A stretch of 64,000 nucleotides of DNA, from the NCBI GenBank assembly GCA_965637545.1, contig OZ281501.1:1240001-1304000 (forward strand), read 5' to 3'. The DNA is from Phallusia mammillata. Lineage: Eukaryota. The notes below the pieces were generated by a model. That model searched no databases. It worked only from the letters and a program-made list of their open reading frames with translations, and was not told the DNA's origin. Position numbers and translations under genes: made by a program. Of this stretch, positions 37,001 through 50,167 are shown in pieces (positions within the stretch are counted from its first letter, which is position 1; each line of letters starts with the position of its first letter).

Positions 37001-37330
37001 ACAAGCTTCAAAAATACTTCTATATGCTATATATATATTTTTATATATATGTTCAAAATACTTGTAATACTCGCGCTATCAGCAAACATTTAATATTTCT
37101 ACACATTGCCATGTTTCAACCCAGTGTTTTCTCTCCTTAAATTTAACTGAATCTATATTTCTTTCGTTTCTAGGCAACCGACAGCAACCTCCTCATCAGT
37201 TCCCACAACCCGACCTCCATCAGGTTGCGCCTCATCGCAGCTTGAATCGAGGAGAAGCAAGCGAACAATCCCATCAGCGGTTGGCCTTCACAGACCAAGA
37301 CCTGTTAACCTTGGTGTGGGAGCCAGTTAA
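28006..37330 (+). CDS. Large uncharacterised protein: N-terminal coiled coil plus ~1,600-aa Ser/Pro/Arg-rich disordered region (putative signalling or cytoskeletal scaffold)
   Basis: 15 GT-AG exons with fully consistent phases: 28006-28104, 29037-29153, 29286-29436, 29536-29637, 29722-30801, 31128-31230, 31483-31532, 31703-31950, 32282-32564, 32936-33229, 33588-34263, 34441-35402, 35573-35724, 35963-36849, 37174-37330 (TAA). Sum 5361 nt = 1786 aa. A probable extra phase-0/0 exon lies at 28413-28595. The coiled-coil-like segment is ERMQKMEEQNDQLVRLAEQQKHEYNKVASQIAQSEMMQRRLHSECINLRRQVQQLTSCNQKL. The family was not recognised. Confidence 0.88.
30909..31090. mobile_element. Second copy of the family A fold-back HHR element, in intron 5 of the plus-strand gene
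   Basis: Arms 30909-30957 / 30997-31045. The right arm continues with cttgatattgtgcctgacagcaaaagcctatatac, homologous to the reverse complement of 2300-2340. The core is mutated to CTGATAA. Confidence 0.85.
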
Positions 37331-38396
37331 ACCTTAGTACCTTAGCAAAAGGTGTAGCTTATAACATATTTAACCTTTTATTCCTCTCTCTTTATCTCTA
37401 TCTTCAAGCACCTCAGCATCAACTCAATTGCCAATCGCTTGAGACAAAAGGATTTTGATGCATGTAATATGGAAAATGTGGATGATGCTTTTCGTGCAAT
37501 TCAAATCTGGATTCAATTTTCTTATTTTGGAAGGAAGAGCGACTTTTTTGAGCCACTTAATCGTGATTGTTGGTTGCTTTTATTCTTTGCATCAGTTCTT
37601 CTTCCCTCGTATTTTTATGCAATGTCTGAATTGCTTTTGTTGCTCTTACTCTATGAGCGGTTCAAGCAAATGTTTTTCCAACAATTTTGCGTCGCGTTTA
37701 CTTTCTTCTAATCTTCTATCGTATTTATTCGCATTTTCTTTGTTTCTTTATCAAGTTTTTACAAAATAAACTCGTCAAAACTTATTATTTTAATTTTTTC
37801 TTTATATTTTCAAGTTATTTTCACAACTTATTATTTTGCGTTCGCGGACCAAACGAAAAAGGAAAGTTTGTGTTGCCATTTAGGGACTGGGGCCAAAGAT
37901 TGAGTTATTTTTGCTCTACAAAGTTGGTAAAAAGCTTTGTTGTTCTCTGCCCTCCGTCAATCATGCAAAAGTGATAAATACCACAATGACCAACATTATA
38001 TGCGCGCTGTGGCCACACACCAGTTTATGCACAGCATAGATTTCCATGTGTATTGGCATACACGCAAGCCTCCTCAATACATTGAGGACCACCGTGAGCA
38101 ACTCTAGATGTGCACTTTTTGGTCACACCCCAGCTTATGAGCCGCGTAGATTTTAATGTTTGCCTTGAATGTAGAGCGTAAGCGTTTAGGATAGAGGCAA
38201 CACATTAAGCATTCGTTTTTCAGTATTTTTGTAACTGTTGTTCCTACAATAAGCCATAATCACTCGACAAGCTCGATAATTCAGTCCTATAAATTGTATT
38301 GATTTAAAAGACGACGACAAAACAGCAACGTGGAACTCATCACAACATAAATAGTATTGCCTCGAAACAAAAAGCACAAAAACAAGCAACAAAACG

Positions 38397-41325
38397 TTAA
38401 TAATCTTGTCTCACTGGCGGGAGAACGTGATGAATCGTGTCAAAATGTCGAGGTAGGGTTCGAATCCAGCGCTGGACCTTCTCAACCGAGTCCCTCATCA
38501 CCAGCTGTTCCGGGGTTAGGAAGGTTTTCTTCGGCACAGGCCTGAAACGTTCCTTGTAAATAACCGCAGCGTCGATTGTGCTATCCGCTAGACGGCGGTG
38601 CGGAGTTGTGTAGGTGGAGTAGCTGAGTTTATTTGTGAGTTCACGTTTTGCCTCAAACCTTTTTTGCAGACCAGGGCTCGTGCTCTTAATTTTATCTTCG
38701 TGGTTGCCTAATTGCCTTTGATTTCCAACCAGTGAGAGCCGTTTTGAAACTTCGGACAACTCGGTTAATTTGTGCGAGTCCCGAAGTGCGGTGTTTCCAG
38801 AGTTTTCTGCCTCTGTGGTGTCCGGACTTTTAATTTCCTTCTGCTTCCCACTTTGCCATGATCGAACTCCTTGTGCTGTTTTAATCAACTTTCTACGAGA
38901 TCTTCCTTTACTTTCGAGATGCGGAGAATACGAGTTTGCGATCGCTGCTTTGTAATTGTTGCTACTCCTATTGAACTCTGCGTAACTCTTTGACTTCAAG
39001 AAGGGCCGGTCCGCCGTAGGAGGGTCGACAGAAACATTCCTTTGACCCCCCTGTGGTAACCTTCCCGCAAAGTTACGTTCACTGGGGTTCCACACAGGAA
39101 TTGGGGTTGGATTTTTAAACGGGGTAAATTGGGGGGTTCTTGGCATTGTTGCGTAACTGTTACTGCTGTGATGACGTATTTTTGTCTTTGGTGTCATTGT
39201 GACGTCATGTGGTCGACTTGCCCATGACTTTGAGCGATTGCGTGTTCCGCTAGAGGGCGGACGAGTGTTGGGTATGGATGCGATCTTTATGTTGGTGAAC
39301 TCGTCCTCTTCTTGGGTATTTTTGCTGCAAAGTAGTAAAACAAATTTAGGCGGTGGTTGAAGCACGTTTAAATAAAGCACTCAATCGAATTCATTTGTTT
39401 GTTTGTTTGTTTTTGTAAAACAAAACGGTATTTTTACAGAAATTTTGCAATGTCTAAAGGCCTTATTCGCACCTTTATTCGAATTGGACACGTTTGTTTT
39501 AATTGATATTTAATTTAATATCAAAATTTAACTTGGTATTGTTGCCATTCAGGAGTCTAATATAGCATATTGCCCAAGACTAGTGCGCAATATATCTTTA
39601 TAACTTGATTTTGAACGCAAACGTTTATTAATATCGGGTTGCTTCAATACAACATGGCCTTCTGTACACAACAAGGGATTACCTCTGCACACAAAATCAC
39701 AATCTTGTCCCGAATTCTAACTAAACATCACAAGAATAACAGGCACTCGAATACACACAACATAGCGGCGAGATCAAGGTCAATTTGGAGAAATAAACCC
39801 GGCTTAAACCAACTAACCTCACGTCTACAACATCGTCAGTATCTTCAACTTGTGCCTTTGTGCGTGAAATTTCCGTCATTTCTGCGTTGTCTTTGACCTT
39901 CGTGTTGGCTGAGTCGTTCATTTTCGGTTTTGCCAAATCCTTTTTCACCCCCTGCTGCTGTTGTGGGTCCGCTGACGTAACGCGTCTGGTAGCAGAGTTC
40001 ATAAGTCAAATGTGAAAGTTTGTGACAATATTAAAACTGTAACTTGGATTTCCAAATACGCATTTAAGTTCATGAAATACATTGAGTCATTCGTATTCGT
40101 ACTTATTTTCTTAAGATTTCATTCGTACTTAAGATTCTGAGATTTATAAATTTCGCCTTAACAACATTTTCAGTATGAAATGTGATCAGGTTCGCTATAG
40201 ACGTCATCCACCAAGCAACGAGCTGGAAATTTCTAATTTCAGTTTGATGTACATATTAGGCCTTTCAAAGCAGATTGCAATCTACCAAGATGTTTTACTT
40301 TTAAACAAGTTGTCTTAACGAGAAAGCAATTTAACAAGTAGCTCTTAACAAGTTCAACTTTTCATTATTGTCAGTGGTTAAGAGGACTTGAGTACTAAGT
40401 ACTAAAACTTTTAAACTTTAAATGTCCAATGTATTTTGATTTGTTGTAGGTGTTTTCGTAAATGAACAGACACTGGATAAACCGTTTTGAAAAGCTAGGC
40501 GGGATGAACTTGTACACAGAATAGCCTTTTAGGTAGCTAACGGTCTAGTAATCATGTTGTATCATGAGTAAATAATATCACAGTATAAGTAAAACTAAAA
40601 CATTATCATCTTAAATGTTAAATGAAAACATTATTAAAACATTTTTCAGGCGGTTTCATTTACCTCCATGGAAATCGAACTTGGTTTTGTTTAATTTCAC
40701 TTTCCTGGTCGGGAAGTTCCGGTTGTGGTTGGTCACTTTGGTGAATTTTGCCGTTTGCTGTCGTCGCCGGCCTGAGAATACACAATTTAGCCGAAATGTA
40801 AAAATTACTAGCATTTTTCAACATGTGTTTTAAAGCGTTTACCAAAGATACTAGTATAGTTTTAAGTACAGGCTTTTACTATCATTTTCATATAAATAAT
40901 CTGACTATATCTAGTTCTGTGGCGCAGAAGTTAGTTGCGTAAAAAAGTTGTCAGTTTGGGTAGTATAATTTAGGTACTGGTCTTATACCTGTTACTATCA
41001 ACATTTCATTAACAGCAGACAAAAGTAAAATCTCTTACCTTAAATTCACTGCATTTATTCCGTTCATTCTGTCGCCACAAAACAAAGAATAGAGCGAAGG
41101 AAAACTTGAAGTGTAATAGTAAGAAGCAAACGGCCTTTTTCCATTCGTAGTGTACTTCGGTGTCGCTGAATTTCGAATCACTCTGTTTTCCCCACTTGAA
41201 ATATTTTTGGGGAGAGGTTGTTTTGCGCCACCTGATGGCGAGATCGTGACAAGCGACTTGGTCGACTTCGAGCGCCGGAAGACAGGCACTGGGGGGCGCC
41301 ACTGAGTGTCTATCATGTCTTTCAT
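38397..41325 (-). CDS. Uncharacterised low-complexity basic protein, 496 aa
   Basis: Four exons with matching phases (2,2,2): 41325-41039, 40771-40664, 39985-39818, 39324-38397 (TAA); 1491 nt in total. There is an in-frame stop just upstream of the ATG and an unpaired acceptor at 41349. The C-terminus LTPEQLVMRDSVEKVQRWIRTLPRHF looks like a folded or conserved motif. Confidence 0.82.
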
Positions 41326-41434
41326 TGCTTATTTATTTTTACATATTGTCTGAAATACAAAATAAAACAATGTGGATAGATTTTATGAAAAATCTTGCAG
41401 CACAAATATTTGTGTTTCAGGTATTGTGCTAGAC

Positions 41435-41792
41435 CAGTGGTTCCCAATCTTTTGTGGACCGTGGCCCCCTAAAAGTAACTTTTAGGCTTCGTGGCCCCCC
41501 TCAAGTAACCCTACAGGACCTGTGGCCCCCCTAAAAATGTAAATGGCAATCTCGTGTTGAAATTTGGTACTAATTTAGGCTTTAAACAGGTCCAATAGCG
41601 TAAATAAGAATCTGTAATTGTGAAAACCTCACTATACACAAATAGTATGTGAAATAGTCGATTAAATTAGGGAATAATGTTAAAAAGAAAATGGCTTTTA
41701 GTGGGTGTTTCTGGTGAATCTACACCCGTGGCCCCCCAGAACACAGCTCGTGGCCCCCCTGGGGGGCCATGGGCCCTGGTTGGGAACCACTG
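41435..41792. mobile_element. hAT-superfamily (Charlie-like) MITE, 358 bp
   Basis: Perfect 13-bp TIRs cagtggttcccaa / ttgggaaccactg, and a perfect 8-bp target-site duplication TGCTAGAC (41427-41434 and 41793-41800). Five subterminal GTGGCCCCC repeats. Confidence 0.93.
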
Positions 41793-42064
41793 TGCTAGAC
41801 AATGTATTCTAGTTGTCAATTGGTATTAAGTTCAACTAGTACCACTGACACCTACCAACGTAAAAACAAAGCTTAAAGCTAAACCGCTACTCTGGCTTAT
41901 ACTCGGTTGAACTAAGTAACTCGATATCGCTTCGCAGGGCGGCAGCGTTTGGGAATAATTGCATTGCAGTGTCTTATTACATCGTTTCCTAATTCCCATT
42001 CCAAATGTTTCCTATGACTCCCTTATTCTTGGACCCGGCTCTCTACAAACAGCTGCCTCAAAGA

Positions 42065-42380
42065 TGACGTCACTCGTAAGACGTAACCATCTTTTCGTAA
42101 ACCAACACCGTGCGATAAACTTCTTTGCTTAAACAACCATTGATTAACAACTAACTAGCAACTGATATTTTTGACGCTGACGTCACTGTGTAACAATACG
42201 GACGCTGTTTTGGCGTAACTTTCTAATGACAGTAAAAACAACACCAACTGTAATAGTTTTTCATAATAAGACAGAATTATTTGTTGTGGCAACATTTGAC
42301 ATAAGTTATTGCTAAATAGTTTGTCTTGATTATACAAAAACCGAAGTAACTAAGAACAGATTTTTCAGACGCTGACGTCA
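42065..42380. promoter_or_regulatory. Cluster of three perfect CRE (TGACGTCA) sites upstream of the minus-strand gene
   Basis: TGACGTCA at 42065, 42178 and 42373. The last two lie in the two units of a ~200-bp duplication. Function is inferred only. Confidence 0.4.
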
Positions 42381-42530
42381 TTGTGTTGCAGTATTGACGT
42401 TATTCGCAATAACGTCCAAGTAAATTACATCAAACACTTTACTAAATTCAAAAGATAGAACAAATGTTACACAAATAAGCAGAATATTCTTTGTTTAGCA
42501 ACATTTAAAATAAGTTATTGCTGAATGCTT
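42160..42530. repeat. Degenerate direct duplication (~200-bp period)
   Basis: gacgctgacgtca(c/t)tgtg and ataag(a)cagaat...gcaacattt..ataagttattgct each occur twice, 195-206 bp apart. Confidence 0.8.
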
Positions 42531-45500
42531 TGACTTCAGGCTAGATGTTTCGTTTTGTGTCTGTTCCTACAGTGTTGAATATCATAAGCAAAGTCTGTGG
42601 TAAACTGCACGACCGGCTCGTCTAACAGGCGTGTCATTAATCACGCAATCAGCCTTTCGACATTTTCTGCAACAACAGCATAAAAAAATGTTCAACAACT
42701 AAATCGTATGTCCGTTGTTTCCAAACCAACATATGTCAACCAATGCATCTTCTACTATAAGAGTTTATCTATAAGCACAGCTGCAACAAAGCCGGCTGCA
42801 CTGCGCTAGCTTGATATGCTCGAGAATGCTGTTTCCGGCCTATACCATCATTAATTGTTGCCTCCGAAGCTGATGACTTCTGCCTGTTAATTCCCTTGTT
42901 AGCCTGGCTGATGTATTGCGGGTTTAGAAGTTGCTAATTTGTCTAGCTTGCTCGCCATGAATGAAAACTATGCGTGCAACATCACATTAAGCATCAACGT
43001 GATTTAGTTTGCAACTTCGGAAATCGTTTGTTCTCTAGGACGTCGATTTCCGAACCGTTTTGCCATTTTAGCTCAGCTACAGTGACAAGTAATCTAAAAC
43101 TGTAAAGATTTACTACTTTCGTTACAAACGCTTTGAAAGGGCTAATAGTCTGTTCTTTAAAAATGCGATGAAACTTTACGAAATAGGAACGCATCACCAT
43201 CTCTGCGGAATCGAATGTAATACTTCGTGTATGAACCAAAACCGACTTGCCTGTTCAAACTCACTCCATTTAGCTGTTGTTAGTTGCTGGCCTACAGTGG
43301 ATTGTCAACAACTACTATCATGAGTGACAACCGAAAACTGATGCGTTTTTGTTCCCTTTCATTACGATAAAACGCACCGCATGTCGTTTTGCCGCCAACA
43401 TCCGCTACTCTGCCTGTGAGGTTTGTCTGTCAAATGCACAAAGACGGGCCGAGCTGAAACCATGCATTGATATGCTAAATGCGGAAAACCACACTGAACT
43501 GAATTGCGGGCTGCCAACCAACGTCTATATGTCAAATTGGTATCCAGACGACAATCTTGTGGACATTTGTATTGTTTGTTTTTTCATTCCTAATGTTCTT
43601 ATCCAAAGGATTTCTGATGCTAATATAGACCAGTGAACATTTGGACATGCGCCACACTTGCATACTTTCCATTGCAAACTTTAAAGGCTAAACCACACAA
43701 AACATATTCAATGATCAAAACGTGTTTCTGACGTTGTCATGTACACCTGCATTCAAGATACTTTACGAAAACCAATATTTCGCGTCACACTTGGAAATAT
43801 ATATCTCACCGTGCAAGAACCACTTATATTGAGAAGTCTGTCCTCTTTTTCTGTGGTAATTTCACGAGCGCAAACTGGTAACCACGCAACACAATCTCAC
43901 GTTCATTCCCGTCTTCCTGTCTCAATAAATTCTTCTCTTGTCACTTCACCAACGGCAATGTACGTTCATAGTTAGACGCAAATTTTACAGTAACCAATTT
44001 TTCTGGATCCTAATTCGTATTTAAAATGCTGATCAAAGTATATGAAGCAGTGTTGTTGTTTATTTTTTATTTTGACTTTTACAGATAATTGAAATCCCAG
44101 TTTCCAATTAATACCCGCAGAAACTGTAGGAATAAGTGGAGAGAACTTTTAGTAGTTGGCTGTATCTGGTTTCAACTTTAAGGGGGTCCTTGAATCTTAG
44201 TACTTAGCTATTACTTTGTACTCTTATTATTCTGCACATATTACTCTGTATACTCCGTAAAAATACAAACGTAAAATCCCTCGAAAATCATATAAATAGA
44301 TTCCCTAATATCACGTTTAAGGTGGCTTGCTACTTTCCATTGAACTTGCACGTGCAAAAGTATGCCGTCAATAGAAGAGGGCTTGGTACTTGAAGGATCA
44401 TTAATTCCATTATTGAAGTAATGTGTGTATTTCAATAAAAGTCGTCTTTAAAATCCAGTGGTGAAACGGTTAATCATTTATCGACGACCAGACCCATGTG
44501 GGTGCTATGAACGTTTTTAATTTAATCGTTTTATAATTTGAATAAACGTTTTGTGACTGCAGCTTCCTATTGCCGAGAAATGGAGGCATGGGCAACATAC
44601 GTGATATGTTTAGTTTGCAATGAACTGACATGCACTTATTATTATCCTTACTAAGGAAAATGCTGCAAAAATAGACAGTTCCTTTTTCAGTGGCCACATG
44701 CGTAGACTGTCTGTAAACAGATTTGTGTCTACTGGTTTTATTTGATCCTATGCACTCGTTTTCTACTTACCCATGTCTGCATTCTGCAACTGAGCTAATG
44801 TAATGCCGAGTCAGTCCAATTTAAAGCTGCAACGCGGTCAAGGTTATATGCAAATTATGACCTTTGAACTCACAGTATTGTATGCAAATCTGCCTATAGA
44901 GCATTAACTAATTACGCTCAGTTAGTGGGTAAAGCGTAAAAAACTGTTTAAACTAAACATTATCGCAGACACAACGCAAGATATATCTACCTAGACTGCA
45001 CCACCTTAAGCTCAATAAATTTTACATCCGCGCACACAGTTACTAGAATCGGTACTTGAAGCCTTAAGTGGGTTTATTAAAGCCACAGCGTAAAACCAGA
45101 GGACCAATAAAAACAGATTTTTAATATTCTCACGCTTCGCCTTCTGTTCTCGTCCGGCGGCAACACTTTCATGAATAAATAAGAATGTTTGCATATTGGT
45201 AAATCCTGATAGCTCACCAGAAAATAGGTAAATAGTCTGTCTGATACGTTATTACCGAAAGTCACGTTTGAAGGGTTCGCGTGTGTCATCTGTACATTAT
45301 CCAAAACCTTGTCTATTTAAACAAACACGAATTTTGGCTGTATCAAATACAATGCACAATTGCAAGTACCTTTTACGCGTGTTAAGCACACAAAATGATT
45401 CCCACAACATTACAAACTAAACAAAACATGACGTTTGAATGATAAACGCATTTTATGACATTTACTTCTCTTAGCACTGCTAAGTTAGCAGTCAAACAAA

Positions 45501-48500
45501 TGTCACATTCGTGTTCCAATATGGCATTGTGTTTTATACGTGATAGGAGATTTGTAAAAAGATTTGTAAACTTTTTCTTTGTTCTCGAATAAATCACTTT
45601 AGAAGTTTCACACTTTAATAAAACAGCTTCAAAACTGGCTAAAGTTAATTTGCATAACATTATGCCACATGCTAAACTTGCTACCTTATCCCAGCATAAC
45701 TGTGGCAAAATAACAACTTCTGGTAACAACCAACTTTTTTCAACAGCAACATGCATCCGTCATAGGTGACCTTCCCTACCGTGAGCCCCTTCCCCTTTCT
45801 GTCTACCAGTTTGTTTATATTATCGTCAACCGACCTTTCAACCGAGACAAGTGATATATAACACAGACGTGTAAATGAAGCAGTAATAAACCCCTATTTT
45901 ACAAGATAATAAACAGGTGTAGTACGACTTCTCAACGGTTTGCAAGCAGTAAAACAATTAAGGTGCAATTTTTACATGTAAATTGGCATTTTACCGTACG
46001 TTCAGTAACTTAAAGTTTAATACAACATTGCCATAACTTTGTGCAGGATTTTTACGGCTTAGAGCAGGATTTTTTTTGTAAATCGTAACCCTTGACTAAG
46101 TAAACTCAACTTGAGTAAAATGTTTGGCACTTATGCGTGTTGTGGTTATAACAAGCAAATGTTGAAAAAATAGTCAAATTTACGTTAATCATGTCGAACC
46201 AATTTTGTCACCGATTCGCTTCGGACCTGGCGACGCTACATGCTTCACTTGACTCAAACAATTTGGGGTTTATTTCTTGTATGCTATTTTCTGCAACCAA
46301 TAAGTGTGAGTGGCATAGTGTAGTGGCCCCCTTCGTTTTGGCTTCCGACCCGGACAAATTGCCTATTTTACTCGTCTAGTTATGCTTACGATTCTCGGAA
46401 ATATTGAAAACATTTTCTGTCACAATATAACTCAACCGGGGTGTAATTTAGCGCTATTTAAAGCAGTAAAAGCAACTTAAATGTAAATCGTTTTTCGGCA
46501 AATAATCGTTAGGTTTTAATCGTTAGCGCAAATCTGTCTAGCCGCTTTTATGCTCTGATCAAACTTAACAGCACCAGCACAAGTTAAAGACTACATTAGT
46601 TTCCAAAACGCAATGTTACAAGGTCTAAAAAAGCCAAGTTTGCAAAGTATGTTAGCTCAGCTGGGAAATAAATTTTAACCTTTATTTGAACTCGCCTACA
46701 TTGCTGGTTCTATCATGTCCAATAAGAAGGATATGGCCCTAATTCTTTTCCACGTAGACGACTTGTGCAGACGAATACACACTCAGTAAAGATCATCGAC
46801 TGATCTCTTTAAACATTGCATATTTAACATTGGCTGCCGTCCTTGTATTCAAACCTCCTACCTTGAATCCCTTCCATACAATTCACATTCAATCGGACCA
46901 GCCTGCCTACCTAAGAGTTTCCGTTCAAACATAATAGCGACCCCCATGCGTTTCTCAGAAAACTACCATCACAACAATACTCTAATTCGTGGTATTTAAA
47001 CGCACCCTCATTGTTGTTGGGCTCAGCACCGGACGACCCGGAAAAATTGTGGTAAATTCCGATTAGATGACCAGCTGTTGATGTAGAAGCCATCAGTAAT
47101 TTGGAGTATAAGTAAAATTTAAAATCGTTACTTAAGAGTCGTTATGTAAAGTACTTGCTTGTAAAATGCAATCTACTGCGAACATCTTTATCAGACCGAT
47201 CCGGCAAACCCCCAAAAATGTTGCCTCCTAAAATTTACTCTTAAATATTTCAGACATACGTTTGTTATAAGGCTTTGCCAATGCTTTGTTGAGGCCATAA
47301 ATACGAGTTCGCTAGCATTCAAAACATTCTCCTACTGTAAGGTGGAGTTATCAAACTTGTTTTCTTGTTCACCCGATATCAGATTTCAAAGATAAAACAC
47401 CAATGCGGTCTTACTAGAATAATTTTGACTTCCTAAACTTAAAGCATTTCAGACAAAAAGCCTTGCTGTCAAAGTATTTCCTTAAAAGGACATCGGGTAA
47501 AAACGCTTTGTCATTTTTGTCAACCCTTTTAAAGTGATTTACAACTTAATTTATCTTTACTCCTTTCGTGTTTCATTTATTTTGTTTGAACAACGCAGAT
47601 TAAACAAAATGTCCTTTTCCACCAGTCGATATATCGCGCACACTACGCAGGTTGAAGTCCTTTGTAAAGTAAAACCGCGTGCTATATTGCCTCGTATATT
47701 TTAATGTTATGCTCTCAGCTTCATATATTGCTGTTATCGACCTCGAAAATCTACGTCAAACGACATTGTAACTGTTATTTCTGACGTCTGCCGCTCGCAA
47801 AGCGACACAAAAGGTTAAAGGCATTGTCACTGCGGTGAGAAGACGATATTTAACGCACAAAAGACGACGCTTTAAGTATTACCTTCCATAGTATTTGTCC
47901 TCATGGCAGATGGTCATAAAAGTGTCAAGTCTCATTTGCGAATAACATATTTATGGAAAAGAGTAGGGTTCTGCTTAACGCACTGCTAAGGTCCTATCAT
48001 CGTAGTATTGAACACAATTCGACGATCCTACGTCCCTCTTTACCAAACTAAATATGGTAAAAAAACGTCTTTTTTATTCTCAGGTAATGCAACTTTTCAA
48101 CATAGCACCCAAATCTTACGCCATGCAAAATGCTTAACTAGTATTAATACTTTAAACCATATCACCAGCCTTATACACAGGATCAACTTCTATCAAAGCG
48201 TTGGCTCAAGAGAGTATGTTGTCGTTTTTTGCTTCGGTAAAGGCTGTTTTGGCCAGTATGTGTTCTTGCCGGAACAATTCAGCTTCAAATTCCAATCAAG
48301 GCCAATCGTACGCATCAACTTAATGCAAATGACTTTCAAACTTCTCCCTTACGCTTGATTCTGTTTCCAAATACAATCCAAGCACTTCCTATTCCTTAGT
48401 AGTGATTGGGACTGCCTTATGCGTTTTAGTTGGCTTCTGTATAGCTATTTTGTATTTGTGTTGTTGAACGTACGATCTCATATACAAGCAGGGTTTTTTT

Positions 48501-49099
48501 TCGGTCCCCCAAAACACCTTAAAAAAACACTGTATACAAGCAATGCCAACTTGCTTAACTGTTTTTCATTTTTGTGAAATAAAAACTGGTACTACTAAAC
48601 GTCATTTTATCACTTAAAAACAATTTCACTTGAACATTTTATCTTCTGTGATTTTAACCCAATATAATCTCCACTTCGAACTGTCAGTTATAACTTTTCA
48701 CTGGTACACATACATACATATTTCGTAAATCTGAAAACACTAGTAAACCGGTCTTGTACCCATAAGGACAATTGCGAAAAAAGTTTGTTGTCATGCGTCG
48801 AGACAAGGCACAGCAAATGGACAAAGCGCACAGGGAGCCCCACCAAAGCAAACGTAACGTCGATGTTTGAACGCTTTCTCGGCACGATTTAGGCCGAAGG
48901 ATAAAAGGCAAGAAGCCCCGTCAAGCTCTTAAAGCAAAATAAACAAGGAGATATTAAAAACAAATACGTCCTGTTAACAGGTACCCTTTGTTCAATGCTT
49001 TGTGAAATCTGATGTCAGCAAGGTTATGAAAGCAATTTACTTTCATTTTAAATCTAATTTGAGTTTGCCAGGTGTTACAGTTGCCCCTGAAAAGTCATA

Positions 49100-49580
49100 T
49101 AGGCGTCTACTGTTCTACTGCTTTGTTTCAAATTTTGACATTTTATGGTGTTTGCAACAACTGCTAAACAAAGACCTCGTTAACTATTAAGCAAAACAAA
49201 ATGTTATCAAATTCGTTGTGTGCTGTAATGTTTTTACATTGCGCGGTTACTTTCAGGCTTGGTGATTGTTTTTAGAGCAATTGTTCCGCTGCGTTTTCTT
49301 TCACCGCATCAAATAACTCAACTCAACTTACTTATATAAAATTCTGCGGAGCTTTAAACTTCTCTAGATCAACCCGTTCATATCTATTAAAATCACCTCA
49401 GTAAGCTGTTGTGGAATTTTTTCCGAAGTTTGACATTTTGTCAATGAGGTTTACAACCACTGCCAAACTCTATTTAAATAACTTTAAAAAGTTGTCTGCG
49501 TTTTAATCAACGTTGCGCAGCTGCTTTCAGACTTGGTTATCGTTTTCAGAGCGAAATAAACTCAACACAAATAAACAATA
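49100..49580. repeat. Degenerate direct duplication (~270-300-bp period)
   Basis: tttgacatttt...caac(a/c)actgc and ctttcag(g/a)cttggt(g/t)at(t/c)gtttt(t/c)agagc each occur twice. Confidence 0.65.
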
Positions 49581-50167
49581 TTCTGCTTAGCATTGAAACT
49601 TTTAAACTACGCTAGCCAAACTTGTCCGTATTCTGTCAATATTACCTCAAAAATTGACCAAATTTCGTTCACACAACGCCGAGCTACTGTGGAATCTTAC
49701 CGACCACATCTGGCAATCTCGAAACAATGGGCGAAGTGCCTCTCGACTCCAACACTGGACCTTCCTACCCCGTATTAATATGTTGCCCGTTCGTGGTGCA
49801 GAGTAACAGCTAAGTGGGATACTCGACGGTTTTGGAACAAAGCGAGCGTTCAAAGCCGTAAGTGACCGCGAATTGAGGTAAATGTTCAAAGCGTAACAGA
49901 ATCAGAAAAGGGCTTTCTTTCACTGTAAGGTTTTAACAGTTCAATGTTTAACTTGGCTTCCACTATGTGCTGCTGGGAGGCGCCTTTCTTGTACTACAAT
50001 CGCAAGCACTCGAGCGTTCAGTGCACAACAACGTAATTGCCCACAAGTGCTTCCTTCTTATGTTGCGCTTGGGCAACATTTTCCAAGTTGTACAAGCAAG
50101 TAAACAATCCGCTGCTCTTGCATCAACAAATATGTAGCTCATCGTGCAGTCTTATTACAACAAGTCC

